DNA of 64,000 nt from Candidatus Vogelbacteria bacterium (GCA_021414225.1 JAIOOX010000001.1:6624-70623); one strand, 5' to 3'. Positions 1 to 13,170 are shown, numbered from the stretch's first letter. A program made the numbers and translations. Notes: generated by a model from the sequence alone, not told the origin.

Positions 1-61
1 CCGTTTGGTGACTTTTTTAGACACGGTATTATGCCTAAATCTAGCCCAATTTCTAACACAC

Positions 62-856
62 TTATTGTCCGTCTACAAGGTCTAAAAGATTTGCAAAAAG
101 AAGTACCAAAGTCAGAGGGCCAACACCACCTGGTACTGGTGTAAACAAAACAGCTTTGTCAGCGCAGGCCGGGTCGGCATCACCGGCCAGCCGGCCACTG
201 GCTTCGGAAGTTGCGGCGTCGATAATGACCACTCCATCTTTGATCATGTCCAGTTTAATTAGCCCTGGCTGGCCGGCTCCCAAAATCAAAATATCAGCAT
301 GTCTGGTAATCGCTCCGACATCCACCACCTTACTGTCCACCACCGTCACATCATAACCATCACTAGCCAACCATAAAGCGACTGGGCGACCCACTAATTT
401 ACCCTGACCAACCACAACGATCTTTTTGTCAGCTAATTCAATCTGACTAGTTTTCAAAATCTCTTGCACTGCTCGCACTACCGGTGAAGGCACCTTGGCA
501 TCCTCACCCAAACTATCTGGATCTTTAGCCGGTGGAATCAAATTAATTATTTCCTCTCGATTAAGATGGTCGGGTAATGGTAGTTGCACCAACACCCCAT
601 CAATGTCTTGTCGAGCGACTAATTTTTCTATTTCTAATTTTAAGTCAGCTTCTACAATATCAGCCTCGTATTCAAATAGTTGAACATCCACTCCAACATT
701 TTCCCCCACTGCTTTTTTACGATTAATATATTTAACCGATACCGGATCATCTCCAACAATCACCACCGCTAAAGTAACCGGTTTACCTAAACCAGTTACT
801 TTAGCTCGAAGCTCGGCCTCGATTTTTTTACTTAAAGCTTTGCCGTCTAAAATCAT
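62..856 (-). CDS. folD: Bifunctional methylenetetrahydrofolate dehydrogenase / methenyl-THF cyclohydrolase (FolD)
   Basis: 264-aa ORF with a Rossmann-type NADP-binding fold. Motifs match FolD family, including VVIVGDDPVS, YINRKKAVGENVG, DGVLVQLPLP and DVTVVDS. Confidence 0.85.
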   Translation of the reverse strand: MILDGKALSKKIEAELRAKVTGLGKPVTLAVVIVGDDPVSVKYINRKKAVGENVGVDVQLFEYEADIVEADLKLEIEKLVARQDIDGVLVQLPLPDHLNREEIINLIPPAKDPDSLGEDAKVPSPVVRAVQEILKTSQIELADKKIVVVGQGKLVGRPVALWLASDGYDVTVVDSKVVDVGAITRHADILILGAGQPGLIKLDMIKDGVVIIDAATSEASGRLAGDADPACADKAVLFTPVPGGVGPLTLVLLFANLLDLVDGQ

Positions 857-1764
857 AGTAATCCAGCCAACTGTTTTAGTTCATTAATTCCCTCTTCAAT
901 CGACACTTGCGGCTCCCACCCAAGTAGCTCCTTGGCTTTAGAGTTATCGGCTTTTGTGTCTTTTGGCTCAAGTCGTGCAGGTAAAAACTCAACAGGACCA
1001 CCAACCAGTTCCGCAATTCTTTTAACAGACTGGTTGTTACCTGCACCGATATTTACAACCTCCCCCCGACCTATTTTGAGGTTATCTAGGCAAAGTAAAT
1101 TAGCCCTGACAATATCTGTGACGTGGGTAAAATCTCGTGTTTGCTCACCGGACCCACAGATAGTTAGTGGTTCGTTATTTTGTCGTTGTTTTATAAACTT
1201 GGTAATCACCAACGGATAAGATGCTTCAGCACTATCACCTGGACCATAAACATTAAAATATCTTAAACAAACGGTCGGTAAACCATAAATTTCAGTAAAA
1301 GTTTTCGCATATAATTCACCAATATATTTTTGTAAACCATAAGGACTTTTTGGTCTAGCTGGCATGGTTTCCACTAATGGTAAGATGTCTTGATCCCCAT
1401 AAGCAGAAGATGAAGCTGAGTAAACAAAAATCTTTACTCCAGCATCCTTAGCAGACACTAGAAGATTTAGAGTACCTTTAACGTTAGCCTCATTGCTTTC
1501 TATTGGGTGATCTATGGAAAAAGAAACTCTAGGTAAAGCAGCTAGATGAAAAACCGCCTCCACGCCAACTAAAAGAGGTTTAAGACTATCTAGGTCAGTA
1601 ATATCAACCAGGTGGAACGAGACACCATCAGGAATCCTCTCCTTTTTACCAGTCGACAAATTATCAACTACCACCACCTGATGACCATCTTTGAGTAAGG
1701 CTCGAACTAAATGTGCTCCGATGAAACCAGCCCCTCCACTCACTAAAATTTTTTTAGATATCAT
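853..1764 (-). CDS. NAD-dependent nucleotide-sugar epimerase/dehydratase (GalE/WbpP-like)
   Basis: N-terminal GGAGFIG Rossmann motif and the SDR YxxxK catalytic motif (SPYGLQKY). Overlaps folD by 4 nt, suggesting an operon. Confidence 0.8.
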   Translation of the reverse strand: MISKKILVSGGAGFIGAHLVRALLKDGHQVVVVDNLSTGKKERIPDGVSFHLVDITDLDSLKPLLVGVEAVFHLAALPRVSFSIDHPIESNEANVKGTLNLLVSAKDAGVKIFVYSASSSAYGDQDILPLVETMPARPKSPYGLQKYIGELYAKTFTEIYGLPTVCLRYFNVYGPGDSAEASYPLVITKFIKQRQNNEPLTICGSGEQTRDFTHVTDIVRANLLCLDNLKIGRGEVVNIGAGNNQSVKRIAELVGGPVEFLPARLEPKDTKADNSKAKELLGWEPQVSIEEGINELKQLAGLL

Positions 1765-1767
1765 AAT

Positions 1768-3075
1768 TTAAGAACCTTTAGCTGATAATAATAAAGCGAC
1801 TGTTTTTAAACCTATTTTTATATCCAACCAAATACTTCTATGCTTAATATAATACAGGTCGTATGATAATTTGTTGCGTGTCTCGACAACATCTAAACCA
1901 TGATGAGGATGGGCTTCATGATACATTTGAGCCCAACCAGACAAGCCAGGTTTAATGATATGACGAATATTGTAATAAGGAATCTGATTACTATATTTTT
2001 CAACTGGATCGGCAAACTCTGGGCGTGGACCAATCAAAGAAATATCTCCTCTTACAACGTTCCACAACTGAGGCAATTCATCAATCCTGGTCTTTCGTAA
2101 AATCTTACCAACCCTGGTTACTTTGTTTTTGTTCACAGCTCCCCACACTCCACCGTCGTTACTATTAGTCATCGTTCTAAATTTTATCAAATTAATTGGT
2201 TGATTGTTTTTACCAACTCGAGTTTGATATGAAAATAAAGGACCTGGTGTTTCTAGTTTTATTAAAACAAAAACAATTGGATATAAAATCAAAGATAAAA
2301 TCCCAAACACCAAACCAACCATCAAATCGGTTGTTCGTTTAAAAAAATCATAAAATGGTTTTGGTTGATTAGACAAATGTTCCAAGAACCAACGTTCACT
2401 AATGATCGAAACCGGGACTCGACCATAAACTTCTTCATAAATGTCTTCAATATTAGCAAAGCGGACTCCAGAAAAAAGCATTCGATAAAAGTTGGCAAAC
2501 AAAGGGGCACTAGCAGTGTCGTGGGAATTAAAGACAACCATCGACACCTCTTGCGGTAAAGCTCTAGGCTCACCATCCCGAACAGTAATCCCATACTTAC
2601 TATTCTTCGCAAAAGTCTGTCTTAACTCTTCAACTTCTGGGCCACCACAGGCAAACAAAATTGATTCTTGAGCTGGTCGAATAACAAAACCAACCCCTAA
2701 TCGACGCCACACCAACAAAATTAAACAAGAAACAACTAAAAATATGAATAGATTAGTTTTAGGAGTAATCCCAAAATAAGGAATCAGATAAAAGAATAGT
2801 AGTGCAATGATTATGTTGACCACCTGGGCATTGAGAATAGCACTAGTCAATTTTCTTTCCAAAAATAGAGTTCTAGACCCGTAAAGATCGTACATAAAAA
2901 AGACCAGACTCCAGAGAATAAAAATAATAGCAAATGGAGCTAGGTGATCAAAAAAAAGTTGAGTGCTTGGCCAGCCTAGATAACGAATAATAAGCGTCAA
3001 CCATAAGGCTATCGCTAGGGCAAGCAAGTCACCCAAGAACAAAAAAACTGTTTGAGTGGTAGTCCCAAAACGCAT
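1768..3075 (-). CDS. Polyprenyl-phosphate glycosyl-1-phosphate transferase (bacterial sugar transferase, WbaP-like initiating enzyme)
   Basis: N-terminal multi-TM region and a C-terminal bacterial sugar transferase domain (DELPQLWNVVRGDISLIGPRPE). Confidence 0.8.
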   Translation of the reverse strand: MRFGTTTQTVFLFLGDLLALAIALWLTLIIRYLGWPSTQLFFDHLAPFAIIFILWSLVFFMYDLYGSRTLFLERKLTSAILNAQVVNIIIALLFFYLIPYFGITPKTNLFIFLVVSCLILLVWRRLGVGFVIRPAQESILFACGGPEVEELRQTFAKNSKYGITVRDGEPRALPQEVSMVVFNSHDTASAPLFANFYRMLFSGVRFANIEDIYEEVYGRVPVSIISERWFLEHLSNQPKPFYDFFKRTTDLMVGLVFGILSLILYPIVFVLIKLETPGPLFSYQTRVGKNNQPINLIKFRTMTNSNDGGVWGAVNKNKVTRVGKILRKTRIDELPQLWNVVRGDISLIGPRPEFADPVEKYSNQIPYYNIRHIIKPGLSGWAQMYHEAHPHHGLDVVETRNKLSYDLYYIKHRSIWLDIKIGLKTVALLLSAKGS

Positions 3076-3135
3076 AAGTAGCCGAATAATACAACAAAAT
3101 AACCTTTTATGCTACCCTAGATACTAAGTACTATT

Positions 3136-4272
3136 ATGACTAAAAAAGTTCTATATTTAATCACTAAAAGTAACTGGGGTGGAGCCCAAAAGTATGTTTT
3201 TGACCTGGCCACCAACCTACCTAAAGACCAGTTTGAGACAGCTGTGACTAGCGGTGGCACCGGAGCCAAAGGAGCTGAGGTTGGTCAACTGGCCAATAAA
3301 CTAGCCGAGGTCAGCCTCCCTTTCTACCCGATCAAATCGTTCACTCGTGATATTTTTTTATTTAACGAACTAAAAGCTTTTTGGGAAGTGGGTTTGATTA
3401 TTAAAAAATATAGGCCAGACATTCTTCATGTTAATAGTTCTAAAGCGGCTGGTGTCGGTGGTTTCGTCGGGCGACTAATTGGTGTTAAAAAAATTATTTA
3501 TACCGTTCACGGTTGGCCTTTTAACGAACAGCGAAATTTTATCAGCAAATTCCTGATCTACTTTTTTTCGTGGCTAACCTGTTTTCTAGTTCATGAAGTA
3601 ATTGTGATCAACGAAAAAGATTTTGCGCAAGGCAAGAAAATGTTTCTAGTGGGTAAAAAAATGCATCTAATTTACAATGGTCTCGCTCCTATTTCTTTCC
3701 TGTCCCAATCAGAAGCTCGTAAAAAGTTAAGAGAAATAACTATCCACAATTTTTCTGATTCAGATTTAATTGTAGGTTCAATCGCTGAACTCCACCCCAA
3801 CAAAGGATTAAACTATTTGATTGAGGGAGTAGCGCAGGCACCAGAATGGAAATTAATAATAATTGGCGGTGGTCAAGAAAAAACCAATCTTGAAAAATTA
3901 ATCCAGAAACTCAATGCAACTGATCGAGTATTTCTAGCTGGCTTTGTCACCAACACTTCCACCCTACTCAAAGCTTTTGACGCTTCCGCTCTTGTCTCTC
4001 TCAAAGAAGGTCATCCTTACGCTGTGCTGGAATCGGGCCTCGCCTCACTCCCTGTTATTGGTTCAGACATTCCTGGCATTCGAGCGATTATTGACTCACC
4101 AGACAAAGGCATGTTAGTTCCCCCAGCCAACCCCCAGGCTATTACTGAAGCCCTAAATAAATTAGCCAACGACCCTACCATTCGACAGACTCAAGGCGAG
4201 AATCTCCAAAATAAAGTCCAATCAGACTTTAATATCGAAAAGATGATAAATAGCACCACTCAGTTATATTAG
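3136..4272 (+). CDS. Glycosyltransferase family 1 (GT4-type)
   Basis: 378 aa. The C-terminal GT-B domain carries an E-x7-E-like motif (ESGLASLPVIGSDIPGIRAII). Confidence 0.75.
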   Translation: MTKKVLYLITKSNWGGAQKYVFDLATNLPKDQFETAVTSGGTGAKGAEVGQLANKLAEVSLPFYPIKSFTRDIFLFNELKAFWEVGLIIKKYRPDILHVNSSKAAGVGGFVGRLIGVKKIIYTVHGWPFNEQRNFISKFLIYFFSWLTCFLVHEVIVINEKDFAQGKKMFLVGKKMHLIYNGLAPISFLSQSEARKKLREITIHNFSDSDLIVGSIAELHPNKGLNYLIEGVAQAPEWKLIIIGGGQEKTNLEKLIQKLNATDRVFLAGFVTNTSTLLKAFDASALVSLKEGHPYAVLESGLASLPVIGSDIPGIRAIIDSPDKGMLVPPANPQAITEALNKLANDPTIRQTQGENLQNKVQSDFNIEKMINSTTQLY

Positions 4273-4277
4273 GAGAT

Positions 4278-4988
4278 CTATATCTTTTTTATCGAAGCAA
4301 CCACAGCCAAGTGATCACTCACTCCATCTACTAATTTAATGTCCACCACTTCGTAGTGAGGAGTAGTAAATAAAGCATCAACCATATAAGGTAAGTAACC
4401 AGCTCTGTGCAGATTTTCATCTAAACTAGTTACCACCTCTTTTGGAATATTATCTTTGTACATCGTCGCCCAGTTATCAAATATATCTGTTCCACGGGGA
4501 CAGTTAGTATCACCAGTAAAAATAAGTTCGGGCATAGAATTTAACATTTTAGTTAAATCAACTTGAAGTTCTTTTTGAAAATCAGACACCTCATTCCCAA
4601 CATGATTTTTGGGGAAATGGGTCGTGGTAACGGTAAAAACATCATCACCACTGACCACATCAACTCGCACTAAAGCAAAAACAGACCAGTAGACATCGAG
4701 GGGATGCATTTTACTACCAGGCAAATGATCCACTCCTCGCCAGTAGTAATCCGCCTTCGAAGTGATAATTGACAACTGACTCAAAACACCAGCACCCAAT
4801 ATTCCCTCTGAATTTGTAAGCATTGGGGCAAATAAACCAGTCATACCCAACTCTGCCTTAAAGAGATTAAAAGAAACTTCGCTAACCTCTTGTAGACACA
4901 AAACGTCTGGTTTTTCTGTCTTTAAGAAAGGGGTGATTTTATCAATATGCCTATCCCCTTCGACATTTAGTTGTATTAGTTTGATCAT
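4278..4988 (-). CDS. Endonuclease/exonuclease/phosphatase (EEP) family protein
   Basis: N-terminal LQEV motif, plus downstream DxN/H and SDH motifs typical of the EEP fold. Confidence 0.65.
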   Translation of the reverse strand: MIKLIQLNVEGDRHIDKITPFLKTEKPDVLCLQEVSEVSFNLFKAELGMTGLFAPMLTNSEGILGAGVLSQLSIITSKADYYWRGVDHLPGSKMHPLDVYWSVFALVRVDVVSGDDVFTVTTTHFPKNHVGNEVSDFQKELQVDLTKMLNSMPELIFTGDTNCPRGTDIFDNWATMYKDNIPKEVVTSLDENLHRAGYLPYMVDALFTTPHYEVVDIKLVDGVSDHLAVVASIKKI

Positions 4989-5005
4989 AAAAAAATATTA
5001 TATCT

Positions 5006-5389
5006 TTAAATCAAAATTTTTGAAATATCCTCTCTAGAGATTTTACGAACCTTAACTCCTTCCATATTTAAAATATAAGATTTCATTAATCGATGAAGTC
5101 CATCCAAGATAAGCCATCGACCTTTATTTTCCATAATATCGATCGGGTGAATTAAATCAGCTTTCATGGTTCTTTCATACTCTTTTTCATGAGCTTTCGG
5201 ACTATCAATCACCTCTTGGGGTTTGAGATTATAAACCCCATCCTCCCACAAAAATGGAACATCAAAATGCCAAGTTAATTCTTTTATGTCCATTTCCTCT
5301 ACTGGTACATCAAGAGCCCAAACCTTTTCTTCACTCCAATTAAAATCAAACCCGACGTCTTTAATAATTTGTGGAATATCTTTTTCCAT
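5006..5389 (-). CDS. Hypothetical protein with a ParB/sulfiredoxin-like DGxHR motif
   Basis: 127-aa ORF. The LILDGLHRL segment resembles the ParB/Srx fold DGHHR signature. No other recognisable domain. Confidence 0.35.
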   Translation of the reverse strand: MEKDIPQIIKDVGFDFNWSEEKVWALDVPVEEMDIKELTWHFDVPFLWEDGVYNLKPQEVIDSPKAHEKEYERTMKADLIHPIDIMENKGRWLILDGLHRLMKSYILNMEGVKVRKISREDISKILI

Positions 5390-5396
5390 AATTTAA

Positions 5397-6536
5397 TTAA
5401 CGTGGTCCCACAAACTCATTATGAATATCTCCTCGATGGTAAGCCAGGCGATAGCGTCGCATACCCATCAGAATTCCAAGACCAGCAAAAATAGTCAGCA
5501 TGTGAGACCCACCATAACTCATAAACGAAATCGGCAGACCAGTGACTGGTAAAACTCCAATATTCATACCAACATGAATCACAAAGTGACTCATTAAAAT
5601 AATAGACAGCCCTATAGCAAACAACGTTTCAAAATTGGTCGCCCCCACCAGGCCGGCCCCTAAAATCCTCCAAATAACCGTTCCAAATAAACAGAAAACA
5701 ATCATCACTCCAACAAACCCCCACTCTTCAGCAAAAGCGGCAAACACGAAGTCTGTCTGAAATTCCGGCAAAAATTTTAGTCGGGACTGACTACCAAACC
5801 CTACCCCCTTCCCTAACACCTGACCCGAACCAACCGCAACCGTGGACTGAAAAGCGTTATAACCCGCCCCCTGAATATCCGACAATGGATTAACGAAAGT
5901 TTTGATTCTGTTTTTTTGATAATCAGCTAAAACAAATCCCCATAACATCACAAAAGAGATCACCCCTAAACCAAAAACTACGGCTAAATGTTTTTTAGAA
6001 ATACCGGCCACCATGGTCATCCCCAACCAAATAAAAAATATGATAACAGCCGAACCAAAGTCTGGTTGGATAAAAATTAGTACGAATGGAATAAAAGCAT
6101 ACAAACCAGAAACTAAAATATGACGGATATGAGCAATCTCTACATGACGCCTAGTAAAATACTTGGCCAACATAATCACTAAAATCAACTTCATAAATTC
6201 CGCTGGTTGGAGTGATACCCCACCAACAGAAAACCAGCTGTACGCTGAACGGGTGGCCTGACCAAAAAGAAACACCACCAACAAAGCCAAGCAGCCCGCC
6301 AGATACAAGCTAGCCACCACTTCTGTTCGACGTAAAATCCGCCAATCGACAAAACTGAAGAATAAAAACGTGGACAAACTAGCCGTAATCCAGATCAACT
6401 GCCTCGTGAAATAGTAACTATCACTAGTAAATGAATTCATAGTAATCAAACCAGCTCCCAATAAAGGCAAGATAGCTACCACTAAAACCCAATCAATCGA
6501 CACGCCCCCAAAGCGTCGTAAAATAGTCTCCAACAT
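5397..6536 (-). CDS. SEDS-family peptidoglycan glycosyltransferase (RodA/FtsW/SpoVE)
   Basis: 379 aa, about 10 TM helices, with conserved SEDS motifs in the C-terminal half. Confidence 0.8.
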   Translation of the reverse strand: MLETILRRFGGVSIDWVLVVAILPLLGAGLITMNSFTSDSYYFTRQLIWITASLSTFLFFSFVDWRILRRTEVVASLYLAGCLALLVVFLFGQATRSAYSWFSVGGVSLQPAEFMKLILVIMLAKYFTRRHVEIAHIRHILVSGLYAFIPFVLIFIQPDFGSAVIIFFIWLGMTMVAGISKKHLAVVFGLGVISFVMLWGFVLADYQKNRIKTFVNPLSDIQGAGYNAFQSTVAVGSGQVLGKGVGFGSQSRLKFLPEFQTDFVFAAFAEEWGFVGVMIVFCLFGTVIWRILGAGLVGATNFETLFAIGLSIILMSHFVIHVGMNIGVLPVTGLPISFMSYGGSHMLTIFAGLGILMGMRRYRLAYHRGDIHNEFVGPR

Positions 6537-6544
6537 GATCAGTA

Positions 6545-7318
6545 TTATTGGCGCTTAATTCTAAAAGTATTGGCTCGAGGATAGAAATCAACGTATTCTG
6601 GAGTTTTGGTCAAAGCTTGAGGCCAAGTAAAATACACATCTTTAGTTTGGCCACGACCCAAATCTTGGATCAAAGTCGCACTCCCAGTAAAAGCGTTTTG
6701 TTGACCATCAGACACAACCACCGGCACGACAATATTTTCCAAATCGTAATTTGATTCATTCGTCACCAAAGCATGAAGCTTCGGTGTTTCATCTGCAAAA
6801 TTAAATTCTTTTCTAGTCACAGATAAAACTGGTTTAGCAATCTCTGGTTTATCCCAACCAGTATCACTCGTAAAATCAATAAAGGCCCGTAAAGCAATCT
6901 GGTTGTCAGTATTAATATTCGGTTCAAAAATAACAAACTTTTCTTGAGGATTAACGAACACCTCTCCCTTCCTGGTCGCCACCGTTGCGCCGAGGTCATT
7001 TGTTAATTTAATGGTGTAAAAAAGACGATCCACTCCCAAGGATCGATTTTGATTCTCAAACAAACCCATCACACTATAAGTACCAGCCACAATCGAAAAT
7101 GGCCTAATCCATAAAGTTTGAGTTGGAATAACTTCACTGCGACAAACCTTAGCACAAGGACCTCCACAATCTATTCCAACCTCTTCTTGATTTTGCCGAC
7201 CATCAGAACAAGTTGGTAGCGGTTTGGTATACCAATAACCAAAACCAGTCACTGCGACTATAAAAATAATCACTCCCAATAAATAAGCTAGTTGTCGGCG
7301 TCGGTTCCAAGATAACAT
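6545..7318 (-). CDS. Hypothetical membrane-anchored protein (CxxC-containing)
   Basis: Start moved to the internal ATG at 7318 (MLSWNRRR...). It is followed by a single TM helix and an extracytoplasmic domain. The longer ORF-track start would run into the tRNA. Confidence 0.45.
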   Translation of the reverse strand: MLSWNRRRQLAYLLGVIIFIVAVTGFGYWYTKPLPTCSDGRQNQEEVGIDCGGPCAKVCRSEVIPTQTLWIRPFSIVAGTYSVMGLFENQNRSLGVDRLFYTIKLTNDLGATVATRKGEVFVNPQEKFVIFEPNINTDNQIALRAFIDFTSDTGWDKPEIAKPVLSVTRKEFNFADETPKLHALVTNESNYDLENIVVPVVVSDGQQNAFTGSATLIQDLGRGQTKDVYFTWPQALTKTPEYVDFYPRANTFRIKRQ

Positions 7319-7562
7319 TAGGTCTATGGTACCAAAAATCCCACCCTCTGGCGAGGATGGGATTTTTGATTTTAAGTTTTTGAATACTCTGTTCCGGCGA
7401 CAAGCTACTCTCCCGCATAGCAGTACCATCGCCGCTACGGTGCTTAACTTCTCTGTTCGGAATGGTAAGAGGTGTGACCACCGCGCCAAATCGCCGAAAC
7501 AGAACATTCAAACGCTTTTGAAAACTGTGATGGAAAGCCAACATAAATGTTGGCGAAAAAAT

Positions 7563-7639
7563 TGGAGCGGATGGTATGGGACTCGAACCCACGTCTCCTT
7601 ATTGGCAATAAGGCACTCTACCAACTGAGCTAACCCCGC
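7563..7639 (-). tRNA. tRNA-Gly (anticodon GCC)
   Basis: Minus-strand cloverleaf:
- D-arm GCTC/AGTTGGTA/GAGT
- anticodon loop TTGCCAA between CCTTA/TAAGG stems
- T-arm GTGGG/TTCGAGT/CCCAT
- encoded CCA and discriminator U
The 3' acceptor strand carries 2 extra nt (a non-canonical bulge). Confidence 0.75.
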
Positions 7640-7707
7640 CCGAAAAATTTTAGGGATATCCCATCACAATTTTCAAACTTTAGGTAAAACACTAAATTAA
7701 ATTGACT

Positions 7708-7765
7708 ACTCCGACAAATTAACTTGTCGGAGCGATTTGTAAAAATTTTAATTTTTACAAATCGC
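7708..7765 (-). other. Two adjacent perfect hairpins between the 23S 3' end and tRNA-Gly (processing or termination structures)
   Basis: H1: ctccgacaaattaacttgtcggag. H2: gcgatttgtaaaaattttaatttttacaaatcgc (14-bp stem). Confidence 0.5.
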
Positions 7766-7790
7766 ATGATTTTTAAATTTCCTAATAGGA

Positions 7791-10810
<3,020 letters not shown>

Positions 10811-11109
10811 TTTCCTATTAGGAAATTTAAAAACCATGTTTACAATTTTAGCCCTGTAACAATTTTATTTGTTACAAGTTTTGATTTAATGCTTACCTAT
10901 CCGCCTCCAGTATGGCAAAGACCCCAATTAAATTGGATAGCCATAAAGTGACGGGATTCAGTTATCAATGTTCCGATTCTTGGCTGAAAAAATTAAACCG
11001 CCTGTCAGGCGGATTTTAGGCACCTATGCAAAAAGCAAGAGTCCTTTAACCCGCGTGTTTTTGGTTTAATTTGATAATCATACTGACGCTCGTTAGTATA
11101 TACCCCACA

Positions 11110-11150
11110 GCAAAACCCGTCAAGCCAATACTGGCCAGACGGGTTTTGTC
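11110..11150 (-). terminator. Rho-independent terminator downstream of the 11175-11861 gene
   Basis: Minus-strand stem aaacccgtc...gacgggttt followed by a U-rich tract. Confidence 0.5.
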
Positions 11151-11174
11151 TTTAAAACAAGGGCTAAAATAGCT

Positions 11175-11861
11175 CTATTTTTTAGAAATATCGTTACGAA
11201 GCTTGTCTATATAACGAGCGGCTGCATCCTTTCCACCCAAACCGAAAGATAGACCGCCGGCGATCGCCAACATGGCCACCAAACCAGTAAATAGGGTCTG
11301 AGCAAAAATAGCGCCAATATCCAATTGATTGAAAGCAGCTAAGATAGCAAAGATCCAAATAGACCAACGAGTAATACCGCCCAACAAATCAGCATAATCA
11401 GTGCCAGCCGCTTTAGCAGAAGCCACTACCGCTTTTTGTAAAGCGTCCGCAATGATAGCCGCCAACAACAAAATCAGAGCGGCGGCGATAACATTAGGAA
11501 TATAACCCAATATTACCTGATACAAGAAAACGTTAATCTGAGACAACTTGAGAACATCAAGAGCTGCCACTAAAAAGATAATTATTACAAATACTTTCAC
11601 CAAGCCTCCGATAAAAGCACCGGAGTCTAGACGGTAGCCAGCTCGGCCGACGATCTCATCAACCCCAACACTAGCCAAAGCTCGGTCAATCTTGAGACTA
11701 CGTAATACTTGAGCCACCCATCGGCCAACCACCACTGCCACCACCCAACCGACTACAAAAACAATAATGGAAACAAGAATGTTTGGCACGTACGCAACAA
11801 TCTCGGCCCAGACATTTTGGAATGAAGCAACGAGCACTTCACTCCAGGTTTGAAGAATCAT
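11175..11861 (-). CDS. Membrane protein with conserved TM-helix repeats (MscS-associated TM_helix-like)
   Basis: 228 aa, multiple hydrophobic helices. The repeated architecture resembles the 'conserved TM helix' family found next to mechanosensitive channels. Confidence 0.45.
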   Translation of the reverse strand: MILQTWSEVLVASFQNVWAEIVAYVPNILVSIIVFVVGWVVAVVVGRWVAQVLRSLKIDRALASVGVDEIVGRAGYRLDSGAFIGGLVKVFVIIIFLVAALDVLKLSQINVFLYQVILGYIPNVIAAALILLLAAIIADALQKAVVASAKAAGTDYADLLGGITRWSIWIFAILAAFNQLDIGAIFAQTLFTGLVAMLAIAGGLSFGLGGKDAAARYIDKLRNDISKK

Positions 11862-11990
11862 AATATTCTAAAATAAAACTGTTATTGATAAAACGACCTA
11901 AAACTAATAATAAGTTACACCTACAATTATACCACGATTAGACCTTTTGCGGGGGGTAATGTGGATAATAATTAGCACAACTTAATCTCA

Positions 11991-12593
11991 TTAAAAAGGC
12001 ATTTTATCTATGATTCGTTCGTGTGGATAGTCAAAAATATCTCGAATGAATTTATCGCTAGAGTTGGCTCGATATTTAAAATCATCGGTTTCCATAATTG
12101 AATAAACAAGTTCCCTACCCACCTCAGCCTCAATCCCCCGAATAATATTCTCAATCACATTTCGTTTTAGTTGGTCGCCGATAATAACCAAATCAACTCG
12201 ACTATCAGTGTTTTCCACAAAAATACCAGACACAATCAACAGTTTGATTTTGCCACAGTTTTTAAATCGTCTAACCAACTCATTTTTTCGGCGAATAAAA
12301 TCAGCATTCAATAGTTTTTTAATTTGAGAGGCCAAAGGAAAACCTTGGGTCAATTCCAAGCCAACCCTAGATCTTGAACCATTCTTTTGTTTCGCTGGTA
12401 AAGTTTTTTCCTTGATTACTCCAGCCGCGATTAGAGTATTAATTTCTTTAGCTAAACGTTCGGCTGGGATCTTGGCTCGACTAGCAATACTGGCTCGGTC
12501 AAAAATAGTCTCGGGATTAAATAAAAACAATCTCAACAGCTTCACCCGATGAGGACCACCAAAAAGCTTGCCTAATATATCAATCGTATTCAT
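11991..12593 (-). CDS. Hypothetical protein with an N-terminal winged-helix-like region
   Basis: 200-aa ORF. N-terminal region HRVKLLRLFLFNPETIFDRASIASRAKIPAERLAKEINTLIAAGVI is wHTH-like. No further assignment. Confidence 0.4.
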   Translation of the reverse strand: MNTIDILGKLFGGPHRVKLLRLFLFNPETIFDRASIASRAKIPAERLAKEINTLIAAGVIKEKTLPAKQKNGSRSRVGLELTQGFPLASQIKKLLNADFIRRKNELVRRFKNCGKIKLLIVSGIFVENTDSRVDLVIIGDQLKRNVIENIIRGIEAEVGRELVYSIMETDDFKYRANSSDKFIRDIFDYPHERIIDKMPF

Positions 12594-12608
12594 GGCCGGT
12601 AGTATAAC

Positions 12609-12753
12609 AAACCCCGCTCTCGGTCACAACCGAGAGCGGGGTTTGTTAAACCGGTCATTTTATATATCAGTTATTATCAATACAACCCCTCGAGACTAAA
12701 GTCTCGAGGGGTTGTATTTAGCTCTTATCCCGCTTCCCTTTGGGAAGCGGGAT
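12609..12753 (-). terminator. Array of three consecutive GC-rich hairpins downstream of rplL
   Basis: Three stem-loops:
- aaccccgctctcgg/ccgagagcggggtt
- acaacccctcgagac/gtctcgaggggttgt
- atcccgcttccc/gggaagcgggat. Confidence 0.6.
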
Positions 12754-12774
12754 CTCGCTTAAATAAATTACTAT

Positions 12775-13170
12775 TTATTTAAGCTCGACCTGACCACCAG
12801 CGGCTTCGATAGCCTTCTTGATAGTTTCAGCTTCTTCCTTCTTAGCACCTTCCTTAACATTAGCAGGAGCAGCATCAACAATATCTTTAGCTTCCTTAAG
12901 ACCAAGACCCAGGGCGTCTTTGATAGCCTTAATCACTTGAACTTTTTGATCGCCAACCGCTTTCAAGACTACTGTGAAAGAGTCTTTCTCTTCAGCCGCT
13001 CCCTCACTAGCTCCAGCGCCACCAGCGACAACCATTGCTTGAGCAGAAACACCAAACTTTTCTTCTAACACTTTTACCAATTCATGAAGTTCCAACACAC
13101 TCATTGACTCAACTTTTTCTACCAAGTCTTTGAATTTAGCCGGCACTTCTACCGCTTTTGTTTCTTCCAT
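12775..13170 (-). CDS. rplL: 50S ribosomal protein L7/L12
   Basis: 131 aa, N-terminal dimerisation helix, Ala/Gly-rich hinge, and a C-terminal domain with [24 protein letters not shown]. Confidence 0.92.
   Translation of the reverse strand: MEETKAVEVPAKFKDLVEKVESMSVLELHELVKVLEEKFGVSAQAMVVAGGAGASEGAAEEKDSFTVVLKAVGDQKVQVIKAIKDALGLGLKEAKDIVDAAPANVKEGAKKEEAETIKKAIEAAGGQVELK

Noticed and set aside
7640-7790. 5S rRNA downstream of 23S
   Set aside because: There is no 5S-like sequence. The spacer contains only hairpins and is immediately followed by tRNA-Gly.
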